From: Tubiluchus corallicola
Lineage: Eukaryota > Animalia > Priapulida
Assembly: GCA_030141605.1 (NCBI GenBank)
Contig: JAQGDQ010000040.1
Coordinates: 620,001 to 684,000, forward strand
DNA length: 64,000 bases
Reading direction: 5' to 3'
Part shown: positions 13,802-28,189 of the stretch, piece by piece
Layout of the letters: every line of letters begins with the position of its first letter
Numbering within the stretch: position 1 is the stretch's first letter
Translations under genes and position numbers: made by a program
The notes under the pieces: model-generated
What the model saw: the letters and a program-made list of their open reading frames with translations, nothing else
Database searches by the model: none
What the model was told of the DNA's origin: nothing

Positions 13802-16800
13802 ATGGTGACTAATTTCATTGGTGAAGCTGAATATCAGAAAAATCTAATAATAAAACAAACGACAATGCAGCCTGCAAATTCTGAGACAAGGTATAACCTT
13901 AGTATGTCGTATTAGCTATGCGAAATGTTAGCTTTAAAGTATTACAAACTAATTCTTGCCATATTTACTTAATTTTTTAGTTAATTGTAAAGATTTATGT
14001 AAAATTTGCATAACAATTTACTTTTATTGAATGCATACAGTTGAACAGCTTCATTGTGTCATAAAGAGTGAACCATTTTCTTCTATATGAGCTTACCTAG
14101 CTGGTTTTGCAGAGCCATCTTCATAAAACATGATAGGCAACCCTTTTAAATCAGGTCAAAAGTTTTATGCTGATCAAGGGTTTACTTTGAGCAGTTTGTT
14201 TTCAAGGTTTTACTCTGAATTGGATTTGTGAAAATTTTCTTTATCTTAGTGAGCCTATTGTGAAATAATGTTATGACTTTCGAAAATAGATATCCATGTA
14301 AACATGAAACGTGATAATAATGTAAATTGTAACTTTCGACCCAGTGTCTACATCAATGTGATCATTATATAAAAGAGGTTAGCGCATTAACAGATGAAAA
14401 ATAACAAGTGAATATAGATTAGTAGTAATAAAAACAATTTATAAACATTCATGGTTATGATACAGCATTAAATTATTAAAAAGTTATATCGAGACAATGT
14501 GCCCAAGCATAGCATTTAGTTCGTTATTGCTCAGAAAGGAAACACTCTATCATCCATTTCATTTTAGAATTTCCTTTACAATTCTTTCTTCAGGTTATAG
14601 ATTTCATTTAGCACTGGTTTGCTCAAAAAAATTGTATTGGTGGCTTTACGTTTCTTAATAAAATCATCAATGTTAACTTTGTATTTATTACAAATGTATG
14701 CAATATGAAAAGCAGTAAATTGCAATAATCGATGCAACGTATAATCTAGCAAAAAAACTGGATATGTAAAATTTAGCAAACCTTTTACTAAAACTGTTTA
14801 CTAAGTTTGTTATTGTTGGCAGTTTGGCAAGTCATGGTAGAAACCACATAAATGAGCATTATGTATGAGAGATTATGCAATTTGTGAATTTCTCTGTCCA
14901 ATCGAAATTTCAGTATAATCCACATTTGAGGATTATAAGAACAGCAACAATAAGTTTTAAACAATATCAACTTAAGATCTGATTTAATGAACCAAAAGCT
15001 ATGTATTATGTTATTAGATTGATAAACAATGTCTCCTCTCTTATTAAGCATTTCATCTTCATGAGTAAATTTACAGCTAAGTTATGGCCAAGATGTACTC
15101 ACTTTTTTCACATGAAGTAAGTGGAGTCCCATCAAGAACTATATTTGGATAAGGTTTATTACTTTGTGCAATATTGCAGAATTTATTGCATTTGTTTTTG
15201 ACTTTTGACTTTATTTGAATGTGTGTTTACAAAATCAATATTGAAATTAGTATGACAGTGAGTGATGACTTTTTAATTTCAGACGAGCGGAAAAAAGCAG
15301 ATTCGCTGCAAAGGTTCGTCGTGATCGTGAACTAGAGATCATGTCAAGTCTTGCTGAGGCATTACCTGTTCTTGGAGATACCGCAAATCGTTTAGACAAA
15401 GCGTCCATATTTAGACTTTCAGTTGCATACTTAAGAATCAAACGTATTCTTGCATCATGTAAGTTGCCTTATAAACTCTTATTTTGAATTATGATGTCAA
15501 TATACTTTATTACATAAATTTATATACATTAATGTCTCTCCATTTTCAAGATTTTTCTATTTTGTGTAAGAAACTGTAAAGTATATTTAGTTGCTATTCT
15601 GCATTTCAAAAAACCCTGTTACCAAACAATGAAAAAGCTGAAATTACTTTGTTATCAAATTTTTGTTTTTTATGTGTTTTTTGAATCCCGCTGAAGTTCA
15701 GATTAACCATTCTTTTCAATTTATTGCTGTGTTGCCTAGTCAGTTTTGTTTAATTTTCTCTGATCTTTCCTCTCAAGTGGTAATCAGCAGAAAAATCTCT
15801 GCCCTTGAACACATAAATTGCATTTTTATTTGTGCAAACAAAATTAGATAGTAACAGACATGTAAACTAGTTTCCTAAGCCTTTGCTAAACTTCACAGGC
15901 AGTTGAATGTTTGAGAACCTCCGACTAGTTTAAAATTTTTCAGGCAACAAATTTTCAGTTCAGTAGTTTTAACAAATGATGTTTCCTTATAAGCAAACGT
16001 GCAAGGAATCTTTATTATGGAGCAGTAGTCCTAAATTGCTCCTAGTTTATGAAAGTTTGAAACCTGCATTTAAAGTATAGGTAATCGTAAACTGTGTTGA
16101 ATTTTATAGCAGTGTCTGTGGTTATCGTAGCTTCAAACAAGTTTTAATCCCTAGCCAGTCTCGTGATTTTGCACACTAGCTAAATCACGTTTTAAAATAC
16201 TGCATACTGGCTAAATCACGTTTTAAGGTTTTTGTAGAGTTTATAATTTTACGCTTTTAGTTCGCACAGATTAGTTCAACCGGTTTACAAATCTGGCAGT
16301 TTCGAGCATGCTGTGTTCAGTTCTATGATCTATTCGTATCGGTTTAAAAATATATTGCAATTTCCTTGCCAGGGTATTAGTAATGTAACATCAATATCAA
16401 AGTTTTGGTTATAGTAACCCGCCACACTACTACTAATCTTACTGGCCAGTCTTCCAAATCATGCTAACAGTCACTGTTGCACTGTGTTTGTCGTTAAGTT
16501 TAATAAGAATTGCCTATAAGTCATACTGGACTTATAATTGCATTAGCATAATTGAACAAATGGGATACACTGGTAGTATAAAGTCCAGTTTTTATGTATT
16601 CAAAGTAGCCTACTAGCCTCTGTGTGACTGTAAAATGAAGTCTCATAGATGAGAATGCAATGACTAACTATAAAATTGACTGTGGCTGAGAAACTGGCGA
16701 ATGTGACTGCACGAATACAACAAATGTATATTTTCTAATAGCAATTGCTATTTTAAAGGAAAGACTAAGCCTTCTGGGAAGTTAGGTTTATTTCAACATT

Positions 16801-19800
16801 CGCGAAAAATATTAGAAGGATTTAATAATAAAAGTGTGGTAAGTGCCTCGTGGTCAGTAAAATTACTTAAAAGTCGTAATCATTTCGCACTTAGGCACTC
16901 CCATTTTGAACGCCATTTTTCCACCATTGACATTATTTGAAGTATAAGAAGTCTTTGAAAAAAATCAAGAAGCTACCAGTTACATCATAAATTTCAAGTA
17001 AAAGGCTGCTATCACTGTGCCTGAAAATTTCTAAACAGCAGTAGTATAAATTAACTTTATGCTTTATAGATAGTTTTTTGCAAATTTCTCTGTTATATTT
17101 TTCTAAATTTAAGTGATAATAGTAAAATAAAACCAACATACTGCATATTGAGTGACTTGTCCTTTCCGTTAAGAAATGACATTTTCAAAATAATTTAAAT
17201 ACTAGACTTAATTTATATTCATATAAATAAGTAACTTGAAATTTTGCAAATGTGTATAGGCCGTGCAGTGTACTACCATGTTTTCCGTAATGATAGACTT
17301 TGTGCAGTGTGATGGTATAATTTTGATGTACAGTGGTCCGTCCGAATTATATGACTAGATCATAATTTCTTTAAAACTTTTGTGCAGCTAGTACAGAATA
17401 TCATTAATAATGGAATGAGTTCTCACTTGTTAAGTTTTTGAAATTCAACTTGTCATATAAACCACTTTAATATACAATTTCGAAACTATCGATTAATGAT
17501 AGAATTATTCATAGCTATTGATTTTTGGAAGTGAACCAAGTTGACATATTTGAGCAGATCGCTACTGAGCCTGTACCAATCTTTGACTGTCTATAAAACT
17601 CTATATGAAAAGATTACAACCAAAAACGATGGGTTGCAACTTGCATTTTCAGTGTCTTAACCACTAGACCATAACCACAATCTTTACACACTACTTTCTG
17701 ATTGAAACAGGCCCTAATAATTATATCCTATTTCACTGTAATATATAAAATGATACGTGTTTGTAGTGCATAAAACTCTGTTTAAATAATGAGAACATTT
17801 CTAGTCTTTCATGTGTTAATTTTCAGCTCTATATTACATTCAAATGGCCTGCAGCATTTTAGCAACATTCCGGCAATTCTTCAGTAGCAGGCAAAAAATT
17901 TGAAGAGTTATTCAAATTACTAATTTTTAATGTACTACACAAATGAGTTTCTACAAACAAAATTGTGCGCAAAAAGGAAGCATATAAATGCTGTCACATT
18001 AACCGCACGTGGTAATTATGGCCTATTCTTACTTGCCACGCCAACATGGCATGGCTTTTTGCTCTTTTTGTACCTGTAGAAGAATTAGGTGGGTGTATAG
18101 ATAAAGGGAATATGTGTCTGAGTCGTGGCGTTTATACATATATGTATTATGTATAATGGGCTTATAAATTTATAATACGTGACACCATTATCACTGGAGA
18201 TCTTATACTAGGTGTTCCTAATGTTATTGCAAATCAGGTTATTATTATTACATATTACTATCACTAGTCTGATCCTTAGCTGTTGTCCAAGATTTTTACC
18301 TTTCAAAATGAAACGTACTCTCGTACAAACATAGATTGATCGAAGGTTGTTCAGAAATCCACAAAATATTGGTGCCACAACAGAGAATTAATGTTTTTTC
18401 CTCTATGACTGGTGGCTTTAAGTACTGCCAGCCTGCCAGGTACAAGTATCAGAGCCAGTCAAGAAATCATTATAAATTCTGAGAGTCTGGGTTGCAGCAT
18501 CTTGAATTCTATAAAAATACATATGTGTACGTACCTTTCAGATCTGAAGTCTTTACCATATTCTAATGAAGACCAAGCCACTGCTAAAAACACTTGTAAG
18601 TTTTCACTTTTTGGTGATGTTAATAAAATAGTGAAGTTTAATGCTCAGTTTTTTGCTTACTAAGCTGGCTTGACAAACAGAACTTTATGCTGTTATATTA
18701 GCTGCTGCCTATTGCTTTTGTATTGTAAAGCTTAACTTGGAATTAGCTGCTTCGAGTTTTACTATTTTGTTCTGTTTTGTATATGCTTTTTATGCATGTA
18801 AGTAAAGGAACTTGGATGCATTTTTTCCTTTTATTTCTTGATGGAGAATTAGTTGGAAATTGTTCATTTCCAATGCTTTATACCTTTCCATTTTAAGTAC
18901 TTTATTTATAATTTGTGTTTTTTGCAGCAAGTTTTTTTGAGAGGGAGCTCTTGATTGGAGCGCTAGGTGGTTTTCTGCTATTGTTATCGCCTGAATGTGA
19001 TGTGTTGTATGTCTCTGAAAATGTTGAAGATTCAATAGGATTGGCGCAGGTACTATAACTGTATTTTATTTAATGGAACATCAACTGTCAATCTGAAAAC
19101 CTAGTGTAGCTTAATTTTTTTAAATATGTAGCTTCGTGCATTTTTGCAATGTTCAGTTTGTTCTGAACATGCCATCTAACCTTTCAAACTTAGAAAGGCT
19201 AATAAAAACACCCTGTAATTAAAAATCTCTGATCTCATATTTATCATGCCTATTGATTTCAATGAGAATTTTTTGTATTATTAGAAGAAGTGCTTTGCAA
19301 TGTTCCCCGAGACAGTTGTGTAGTGTCTGCACAGCTATACTGAATTTTGTGCTTATCATTTGGAGTTAATCAGTGTGAACATGCTGAAATAGCATCTGTT
19401 ATATTCTAATGATTTGAAGTTTCTGTGAATTAAGATAACATGTTAATAATTCTATAAGATTTGCATCATATCACTGTAAGTTTGTTGGCTGGCTGCTTAT
19501 AGGTGCCTTTGCTAAATAAAAATCTATTTTAGTTATTCTAACTTTTTATAGGTGGAAATGCTTGGGAGAAGTTTATTAGATTTCACTTATCCAGCAGACA
19601 GCAATGAACTTACAAAACAATTGCAACCTGATTCAGTTGACACAAATCTCCAGAACACGGGTATGCACACCTGATCAAGTTTTCACTGCACATTTTGCTT
19701 TGTTCGTTTTTCTTACCTGACAGTAGTTTTGCAAATAGCTCGTTATTAAATTTTTGCTTGTGATTTAGGTATATGGAGTCAAGGTCAAAGGTGTGGCAAA

Positions 19801-22800
19801 CAAGAAAGAAATTTTTACATTCGTTTGCAAGCCATGGAAAGAAAGAAAAACTCACCCAAGACTCGCCACTCTTCATTTGTTGTGAGTAAATGTAATGGCA
19901 TGTGTATCTGACTAGCTGACTGATCAGTCTAATATTATTATTTATTTAGAACATATGAATATAATGATTGCACTTCAATAAAAGATTCAGTAAGATTTAA
20001 ACATGAATGAATGGCAATACAGATGTCAGTACAAATATTTACTAACTGCACTTTTGTTTTTGGCCCTTTATTGATACCATTCTGTTGTATGCCGTGCCCT
20101 GTTTTAACTTTGTCATTATAATAATAAATATACTTTATGTGTGAATTTATAATTATGCTTGGAGTTAGCAGTTCTAACATTTTCATGCACTTTCACTGAC
20201 AATTACTGGATAAACTATAAATGTATTTATTGCCTTTTTTAAAAACATCACAATAAAGTAAGATTTATTTACATTGTTTTCCAGTAATTAATAATTTAAA
20301 ATTCATGTGAGGTCATCTAATATGTAACTATAAGTTTCAGCCAAGTATATAGGAACGGCTTGCAATTTTTTTAAAAATATTGGAAATTTGGTTTTAGATT
20401 TTATATTGGTACTTGTATTTTATTGGTATTTGTTGTCTTTTTGCAGTTTGTGCACTTTAAAGGGCATCTAAGAGTATATCAAAGAAACAATGGTAACACT
20501 GTAGATGCACTGTTGTGTGTTTGCCGTCCTGTAAGAGCTACTCCAGTCATGGATCAGCCATTCATAACTGGAAATATGTTCATGAGTCGTCACAACTTGA
20601 GTTGCGAATATATTGAACTAGATCCTCGGTGAGATTATTACTGCCTTTATTAATACCGTGTTTTATTGCTTCTATTTGTTGCTATTTATTACTCTTCTTA
20701 AGTTTATTATGATAATAATTGTTAACATATATTAATCGAAATGTCTTTTTTCAGCATAATGATGCTAATAGGATATGAGCCAAGTGAATTGTTGGGGCAG
20801 ACATTATTCCAATTTCACGCACCCATGGATGTAGAAAAATTACGAGTTTGTCATCAGTCATGTAAGTATACTTACTTCATATAGATCATCTTGCTAAATA
20901 GTAAACATTGACTGTAATAGTATAGTGAGTGTGAGTGTAATGGTTATAGTTGAAAAAAATTGACTCATAATCGGACGTTTTGTGCTAAAATGTATTAAAA
21001 AATTGAAACATATTTTCCATGCATGCGTTTGTTAATACGATCATGGCTGTCGAGTTTGCAGTCCTATCCACACATGATTTTCTTTAATCAAATGTAAGTC
21101 ATCTTAAAGTTTTACTCAGTGACAACAATCACTTTTTTACAGAGTGCAGTTTTAACAAAAAACTTTGTTGGCTGTCTGAAAAGATTATTTAATTTTCGTT
21201 TGGATTCTGTTAAACAGGAAACAGACTTACAACACAGTTTCCAGAAAGTAGCAGAAAAGTATATTACTGCTACATGTATTCAAATCTTTGCTTTTTAACA
21301 CATAACCATATAACCATAGACAAACCATATAATTGTTCAATGTAATTTGTGAATAAAATTAATTTAATTGTTTGTAGAAGAAAGTCACTTTCCAATTCTT
21401 CTATGTTTCTGAATTAACCTGAAAAAAATTTGTCTTTCTCATTTGTCCTTAAAATAGAACTTTCTGGTTGACCTGTGCCTCTGGTCTCAAATTAATAGTG
21501 AAACTTCTGTTGAAATTCACATTGTTCTCCATGCAAATGCGTAATAAGATATCACTATTATATCACAAGTGAGGTGAATTCCGTTTCTGAAAAAAAAGTA
21601 TATTATACACTCATTCAGCTATGTCTAAACACACTTTGACTGAAGTTTGAGTTAGGAAAATCTTCTGTCTAGGAAAGATGTATGAAACACTGAAAATATC
21701 ATGTGTTTTTCTTTCAGTATTGAAAAATGGAAAAGCTGTCAGTAAGTGCTATCGTTTTATGGGAAAGACTGGTGTTTGGGTGTGGATGCGGACAAGAGCG
21801 AGCCTTATTTTTAACACTGCAAGCCAACCACAGTACATAATTTGCCAGAATTACGTTGTTAGGTATTGTTGTTTAAGAACATATACTTCTTTGCGCTTCT
21901 AGCATATTTCTGGAGATTTTGCTTATTGTATACGTTACAGGCAATGTGTAAAATTTAGGCATTTTATGAAATTCCTAGGTATTTCATATTATACCTATGC
22001 ATTTTGGGAAAAGTGTGAAATAAATCTTTTCGTTACGGGTTTTTCACATTTTGCCCAGGCATTTTGTATAATAGCTAAGATTTATATAAAATGAGTAAAG
22101 TGACTTCGGCAAAGTGTAAGATGAATATAGTTTGTGTTGAATCGAACTTTGCTAGGTATTTTGTACATTACCTATAGAATGCGTACAATGCCTTAGCCAA
22201 TGTGCAAAACTAAGCAAGCTGTCAAGCCCGTAAGTTAATTTTCATACTGATAATGGTGTATCATCGCCATCTGGGACATGTTGCTCATTCAGGTGGATCA
22301 CTTTCCGTAGCTAGGAATTAAGACTGGAGTGGGATTCAGTAAAGTTCTTACAAAGAATCGTCAGTTTACGCATACGAGCATTCTTAGCGCTAGGCATGTA
22401 TTTATTAAACTTCTTAAATCTTCTTAAATGCAGTGCTTGGAGTTTGCGTAAACACAATTCTGCATGTTGTGCACAGTTTAAATGGCTATGACTGGTGTTG
22501 TTATGGAAAGAGGAGAGGTTATTAAGAGAAGTTTGATATGCAAAGAGCGTATTTTTCAAAATAGATTAAAATCAGATAATTTGAAAGAGAGCATTTTATG
22601 AATTGCAACTTGCACAGAAGACCATAAGGCTTGCATTGCTTGCTCTCTTCTCTTTCTCTCTTTGTTCACCACAGAATGGGAATGACAAGATCCTCAGACA
22701 CGAGAAAAAAACCAAACAACAAATCACACGAATTTGCAAGAACATTGAAACATGACTTGGTCCATTTTTACACATTCCTTAAAGTATAGTTGGCATTATA

Positions 22801-25021
22801 TAAAATGCCTACAAAAATTATATCAGAACAATCGAACATTGGTTTTATTTCTATATTGACTAAAAAATTTTCGACTTTCTATAAAATCGCTAGGAAAAAT
22901 ATACTTAAAAACTAAAAATTACAAACTTTGCCTAGAGAGACTTTTTCTTTATATATAATGCCTAGGAAAACTGTAAAAGGAGCAATTTTAGACACTTTAC
23001 CTGGTTTGTTTTGGCATTCTATAAAGTGCGTAGGCACTCTATACAATACCCGATTTCACACTTTGCCTGTAACATGTATATAAAACAAGCTTGCAACAAA
23101 AGCAACACAAAACATTTGGTATAATTGTTTGTATGTTGTATGTGCCATGACTAATATCTACTGTATCGCAGTTATAATATGGAAAGAACAAAAAGCTGAA
23201 TTGACACAGTAAAAAGAGACATCAATAAAATCTTGTTTGCTGTGCACTGTATGCTTGACTTTATCCATTGAGGAGGTTTTCTGTGAAACAGTATACATCA
23301 ATACTGAATAGTTGTTTGGTTAATGTGTAAAAAACAAGTATATGGTATACCCTTTGAAAACGCAGTAAGAAAATATACACGTTTATTAAATAAACAGAGA
23401 TAAAATCTCTTTTTGTGAACATTAACTGTTATTATCCAAATTCTTTGTTATCAAAATTATATTTAATGAAAATTATCTGTGTACAGGAGGGGTGAAATAA
23501 TTTTGCATTTATAAGTTATTTCATAGCAATTCTTTACCTGTTTCTCTATTTGGCTGTTTTGTTTATAGTGAAAGAGAGGCCACTGTCAATGATGAGAGTT
23601 CTGCAGATACTAAGAAAGAAAAGGACCGAAACTCAGATGTACCTACAAATGATAGCTCCTCTGCTAGTTTCCTGAAAGAAGTGACACGAGATCATATGTT
23701 GAAGCAGAAAAAGACAGATCTGGCTGGTCGGCAACAGCTGAAATCAAAGAACTTGCCTTCTAAGGTAGAGAAAAGGACTGTAGCTGTTGAAACAGACATT
23801 ACATTTTCAACGTCTGCAACATCCACGGCTGCTTGCAGTGCTATTACTGCCACATCTGATGTTAATGAAAAAGTTTCCTATCCGAGCTGCATGACAACTA
23901 CAGTCAAATTGAGTCATAGTAATTTCTCATATTCCGAGCCAGATGGCGATAGTGGAGCTAATAGTTCAGCTAGTCTGGGAACAGATCCTGCTGCAAGTAA
24001 TAGTAATAGTTATTTGGAAAAAGTGATAACAGAATCCATTTACCAGTCTTGGGGGCAAGGGTTTATAAGAGAATCACATATTGAATCCTCGCAGGTCACT
24101 CCACCCCCAGAACCTTTATGTGGATGCTACGCAAATCAGCAGACTGACTCTGCAGATTCTATGCGTAGTGTTTCGTATTTACAGTATCAGAACTGCAGTA
24201 GTCCTTCACAAAACGCTTGCTTTTCAAGGCGTTCAAGTTCAACTACTTTATCAAATTATAATAGCCCTGACCCTTACCAAGACGCTCCTACATCCTACCA
24301 GTATAGTGACACCAGTAATTTACCACCAAGTAGTATATCATGTGCAGTCAATGAATCTCATACGTCTGACTCTCAGAGCAGTGGACAAATGCAGCTGAAC
24401 ACGTCTCAGTATCAGAATTTCTTGCAGCCTTTGTCAAATGTTGTCGGAGTAAATAATTTTTTGGAGAACTGTATCCCAAGTCCACTGTCATTGAATTCAT
24501 CTGGGTATCACAGTAGCGATTCTGATGAAGAAATGGAAACATTGAAGAGTTTGCAAGTGGCTTCAGTTGCTCTGCCTCCCGTTTATAACTCTCCTTTGTG
24601 TGTAGGTGCTGCAGAGGGTAGGAGCACATCAGTTCTTGCTCCTGTTCGCAATCCATATACTCACCCGCGGGTCGAACCATATCTGAATAGTTTGAAATCT
24701 GTTCGAGGAAAATCATGTCCTGCCCTTACTGATGTGTCCAAGGATTCGCCTATGAATTCTTTATTGACAGATACATTCCCTTCCATTGATGAGGTTAGTA
24801 TGCCTGGTTGCCCCAATACCTGTGAAGAGGTGATGATAGTACCTGAAGATCTAGCTAATTTTGCAAATGATCTGTGCTGTAACAATGCCTTAGCAGAGAG
24901 TGTCTTGGAACAACTACTCGAGAATTCTGAAACAGATTTTTATTTTTCTTCGAGTCCAAAAGCATCTCTGCCACAGTATCAAACTGCCAACGTCTTTACT
25001 GATACTGATCATGTGGTCTGA
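13802..25021 (+). CDS. Class I bHLH-PAS transcription factor, HIF-alpha-like (about 849 aa; 828 aa from ATG 13865)
   Basis: Coding exons 13802-13890, 15283-15458, 18542-18595, 18928-19049, 19552-19660, 19769-19881, 20447-20628, 20755-20861, 21718-21862, 23569-25021; all GT-AG and frame-preserving. bHLH: RRAEKSRFAAKVRRDRE...RLDKASIFRLSVAYLRIK. PAS-A: ALGGFLLLLSPECDVLYVSENV...EMLGRSLLDFTYPAD. PAS-B/PAC: FMSRHNL...IGYEPSELLGQT...YRFMGKTGVWVWMRTRASLIFNTASQPQYIICQNYVVS. These are collinear with HIF-alpha motifs. Confidence 0.9.
21934..23073. mobile_element. About 1.1-kb MITE-like element in the last intron of the bHLH-PAS gene
   Basis: TIRs GTTACAGGCAATGTGTAAAAT (21934) and ATTTCACACTTTGCCTGTAAC (ends 23073). 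Internal AGGCATTTTATA-like subrepeats occur in both orientations. TA-rich flanks. Confidence 0.75.
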
Positions 25022-28000
25022 TTTTGGCGTCGTTTTCCTGAATTCTGTTGAAAATCTAAAATGATTTTTTGGTAATCCGAATATTTGCGGGGTTTTAGCC
25101 AATTACCTCATTTTGTATTCATTTCCCCACAAGAGTTAAAAAGGTAAAGGTAAGATTTGAACATTTGGTCCAAAAGGCAGAGAATCCTTAAATTTTAATT
25201 TGATTTAATAATGTCGAATTTTAACTTGTTAGAATTTTCAATTTTTCAATATTGTATTGACAAAAAAACCATAAAATTTTTAATGATTATTTTAAGAAAT
25301 TTTTCTGTTGAGATGTATAACTGATTTTTCCTTTTTGTAGTATGTATGTCTTTTAGCAAAGAAACAACATTATTTATCGTTAATTAATTGGGATTAACTA
25401 ACATTTTTATTGCATTTGTCTGTGTATTGTTGCAATTATTGTTAGCTTATTATAATTTATAAAACAGTGTAGATTTGTTTCATTTTTATGCAACTGCAAA
25501 TTTAGCATTATTGATTGTTGCATATCTCCTCTCTAACACTGTTAAACCTCTTTTGGTGAACATAACACTTTTTGTGCATGTGTTGTATTGCAATCTTAAT
25601 GAAGTAAAATTAGTTAGTCAGTCAGTTAGTTAACTAATTAATGTAGGTGGGTAATTATCATTATTGATATGCATAATTTGTTAGCTGACGGTATGTTGTT
25701 ATTATTACCATGTAGTGGTGGAATTAAGTTTGAATTGTGTGCTGTGTTTAAAACTGTTTATGTTAGTGGTTTTCATGATCTATTGAAAAGTATTGTTATG
25801 AACTGCCATTTCAGTGAAAGACAGAATTAAACTGTGTCATATTAAGTCTACTTGGTAGTAGTGAGGTAGTTAATCAGACCGGTGTTATTAGTTTGTAAAT
25901 AATTCTTGGTTAAGAGTTACCTACGTTTATTATTGGTGATTGAGCTTTAGTTACTCAATTACTTAAGTTACTAAGTAAAATAGCATTATAATTGAGTAGA
26001 TTTTATTAGTTGAATCTATACAGGGTGAAATTTTTAGACCAATCGTGTGAAATTAATCTGTAAGCGCACAATTGCCTATACTAAAGAGAATAATGCTGTA
26101 AATATCGGAGTAACATCTCTAGATGCCCATAATAACATTAAAAAATTGTATGTTAATGTCCCTAGGAATAAGCTATACTTTTGACAGCTTTTCATGTGAC
26201 AGGTTTTATATGCTAGTCTTATTCCATTTTGGTGAATCACCCTCATTTTAAACTAGTTCATCATAGCTACTCAAATATGGTAAAGTTGCAACTAATTTTA
26301 TTAGGCCCTGTAATAGCTTTGTAATGCATTTTTCATTTTGTTTGACATTGTATTCTGAAGATAATCTTGCCACTATGAAATTGCGCATAAAAGTACGTTA
26401 ACTGGGTTGATTCATTTGATAGAAATTAGTAAAAGTGTATTTAGGTTCAAAGTAATTTGGTAGGTGTCTGACTAAATAACAAAGCTAGAGAACTTTTTCA
26501 AACATAGGGCACTTATAAAACTGTGAAGACACAAATGTTATTAGATAATAACATTTTTGTTTTGTGGTTGTATTAAAATAAATATCTGCTGTAGTTTATG
26601 ACTTGATCTAACACATATAACTAGACATAAAAATTGTACATTGTTAACTTGGTAACTAATACATATCAAGTATTGTTTCACTAGGAACTGGAGAGTGTGT
26701 ATTTTTACCTTACAGAGTTCTGGAAGTCTTGTTGGAGCCTTATCAACAAATAAGAAAAAGGTCACTATTATATAATGAGTACATTGATAAATACGTGCAA
26801 TGAAAATGGAAATATGGCGAATTGGGGATGCGTACCTTTTTCCAGATGACTTGGGAAAATATTGTGAATGTTTACCTATATACGCTGTCTCCTGTAAAAT
26901 TAAAACTGTCTTCGACTTTGTATTACCAGTAAATTTTGCTACAAACACCGTTTACGAACAGCAATATTCGTAAACTTATTTTGTGTAAGGGAATAGCCCA
27001 GCGGATACGGTGTATTATCATCGAATGATAAGGCTTTTCACTAAGTGGATTGGTATTAATATATAGTATCGAGTTTAACATGATAACTTTGGGAGTTTTT
27101 CATCACCACTTGACACTCTCACCATTTAATTCATTACATTCTGGATAATGGAAGAGTCTTGGACTCATGGTTTTCAACAGGCACCTAACCAGGAATTTAT
27201 ATGGGGGGTGGGGGGAACGGGGCACTAATACCAGTACGTTAGCGTCGCCAAAACAAAGATATGGGCAAATACCATAAACCGATATTGTTTCCTTTAAACA
27301 TTGTAAACGAAGCTGTATGTCGTACGGGGTGTGTAATGAATTCGATTGGCGATAAAATGTATTGCGCCAAAACTGCGTTTCCTTTAGCCACAAAATGCCG
27401 ATAAGTAGTATTCTAGATAGTGCTGTAAGTACGTGTATTTAAATAGTAGTACACTTCGCCGATGCATCTTTCGCTATTTTGTCATTTTGCCAGTTGATAA
27501 TAGAAATAGTGCAATACAAACTGAAAGTCGTGTTTTATGAGTGTCTGGGTAAACAAAAAAGAGAAAAAAACTTTAGCACAGCGCATGTTATTTTACGTTT
27601 CGTTGCGAATCCAATGATATGGCACGCCTCTGTAAGACATCTTCCATTCACAGAGCAGAAGTATTGCAATGGCAATATTGCATATTTGACGCCTTGGGAA
27701 ACGGCAACGATTTAGGGCTCGACAAAACGGGCAGGGATCTATAGCCATGCAAGGCATAGTACTTTACTTACTGTTTTTCGCTTAGATAGGTGGTGCTTCT
27801 TGTAGGAGTAATGGTTTAGCAAAAATGGACATATTTTGAGGGTTTTCGGGTCATATAACTCAGGCGAGTCAATGGGTCATGATCTGAAATTGTAGGCTCT
27901 ACCCTAGCTAAAAGTACACCAAATTTGGTCAGGTACCACTGTCAAGCTTTTGAGTTATTCCAATAAGATGCATATCTCGGGAACTATAAACATCGCCGGC

Positions 28001-28189
28001 CTCAAATCTTCGACCGGACATTCTATTTATTGCAGTATCGTGGCTAAACAAAACTCGGGTCGCAACTTTAACGCAGTGTATCAGATTCTACGTTTCATTG
28101 CGAATCCAACGATATGGCTTCCGTTTAGAGATCGTTTAAATGAAACAGTGTCGATACATGCTATATAAGTATAGTATAAGGATTGAAGA

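Noticed and set aside
17827-17890. Possible extra bHLH-PAS exon after TTTCAG
   Set aside because: No good GT donor and no family similarity; the model is complete without it.
24081-25102. Overlapping ORFs within the large last bHLH-PAS exon
   Set aside because: Shadow frames of a real coding exon with no recognisable motifs.
25862-25884. TGAGGTAGT in the HIF-like 3'UTR, resembling the let-7 5' end
   Set aside because: Only 9 nt match, no precursor hairpin is visible, and it is the wrong orientation for a target site.
27100-28170. Repeat-like region with two similar TACGTTTC(G/A)TTGCGAATCCAA segments
   Set aside because: Probably a non-autonomous repeat, but its ends and class cannot be defined from this window.
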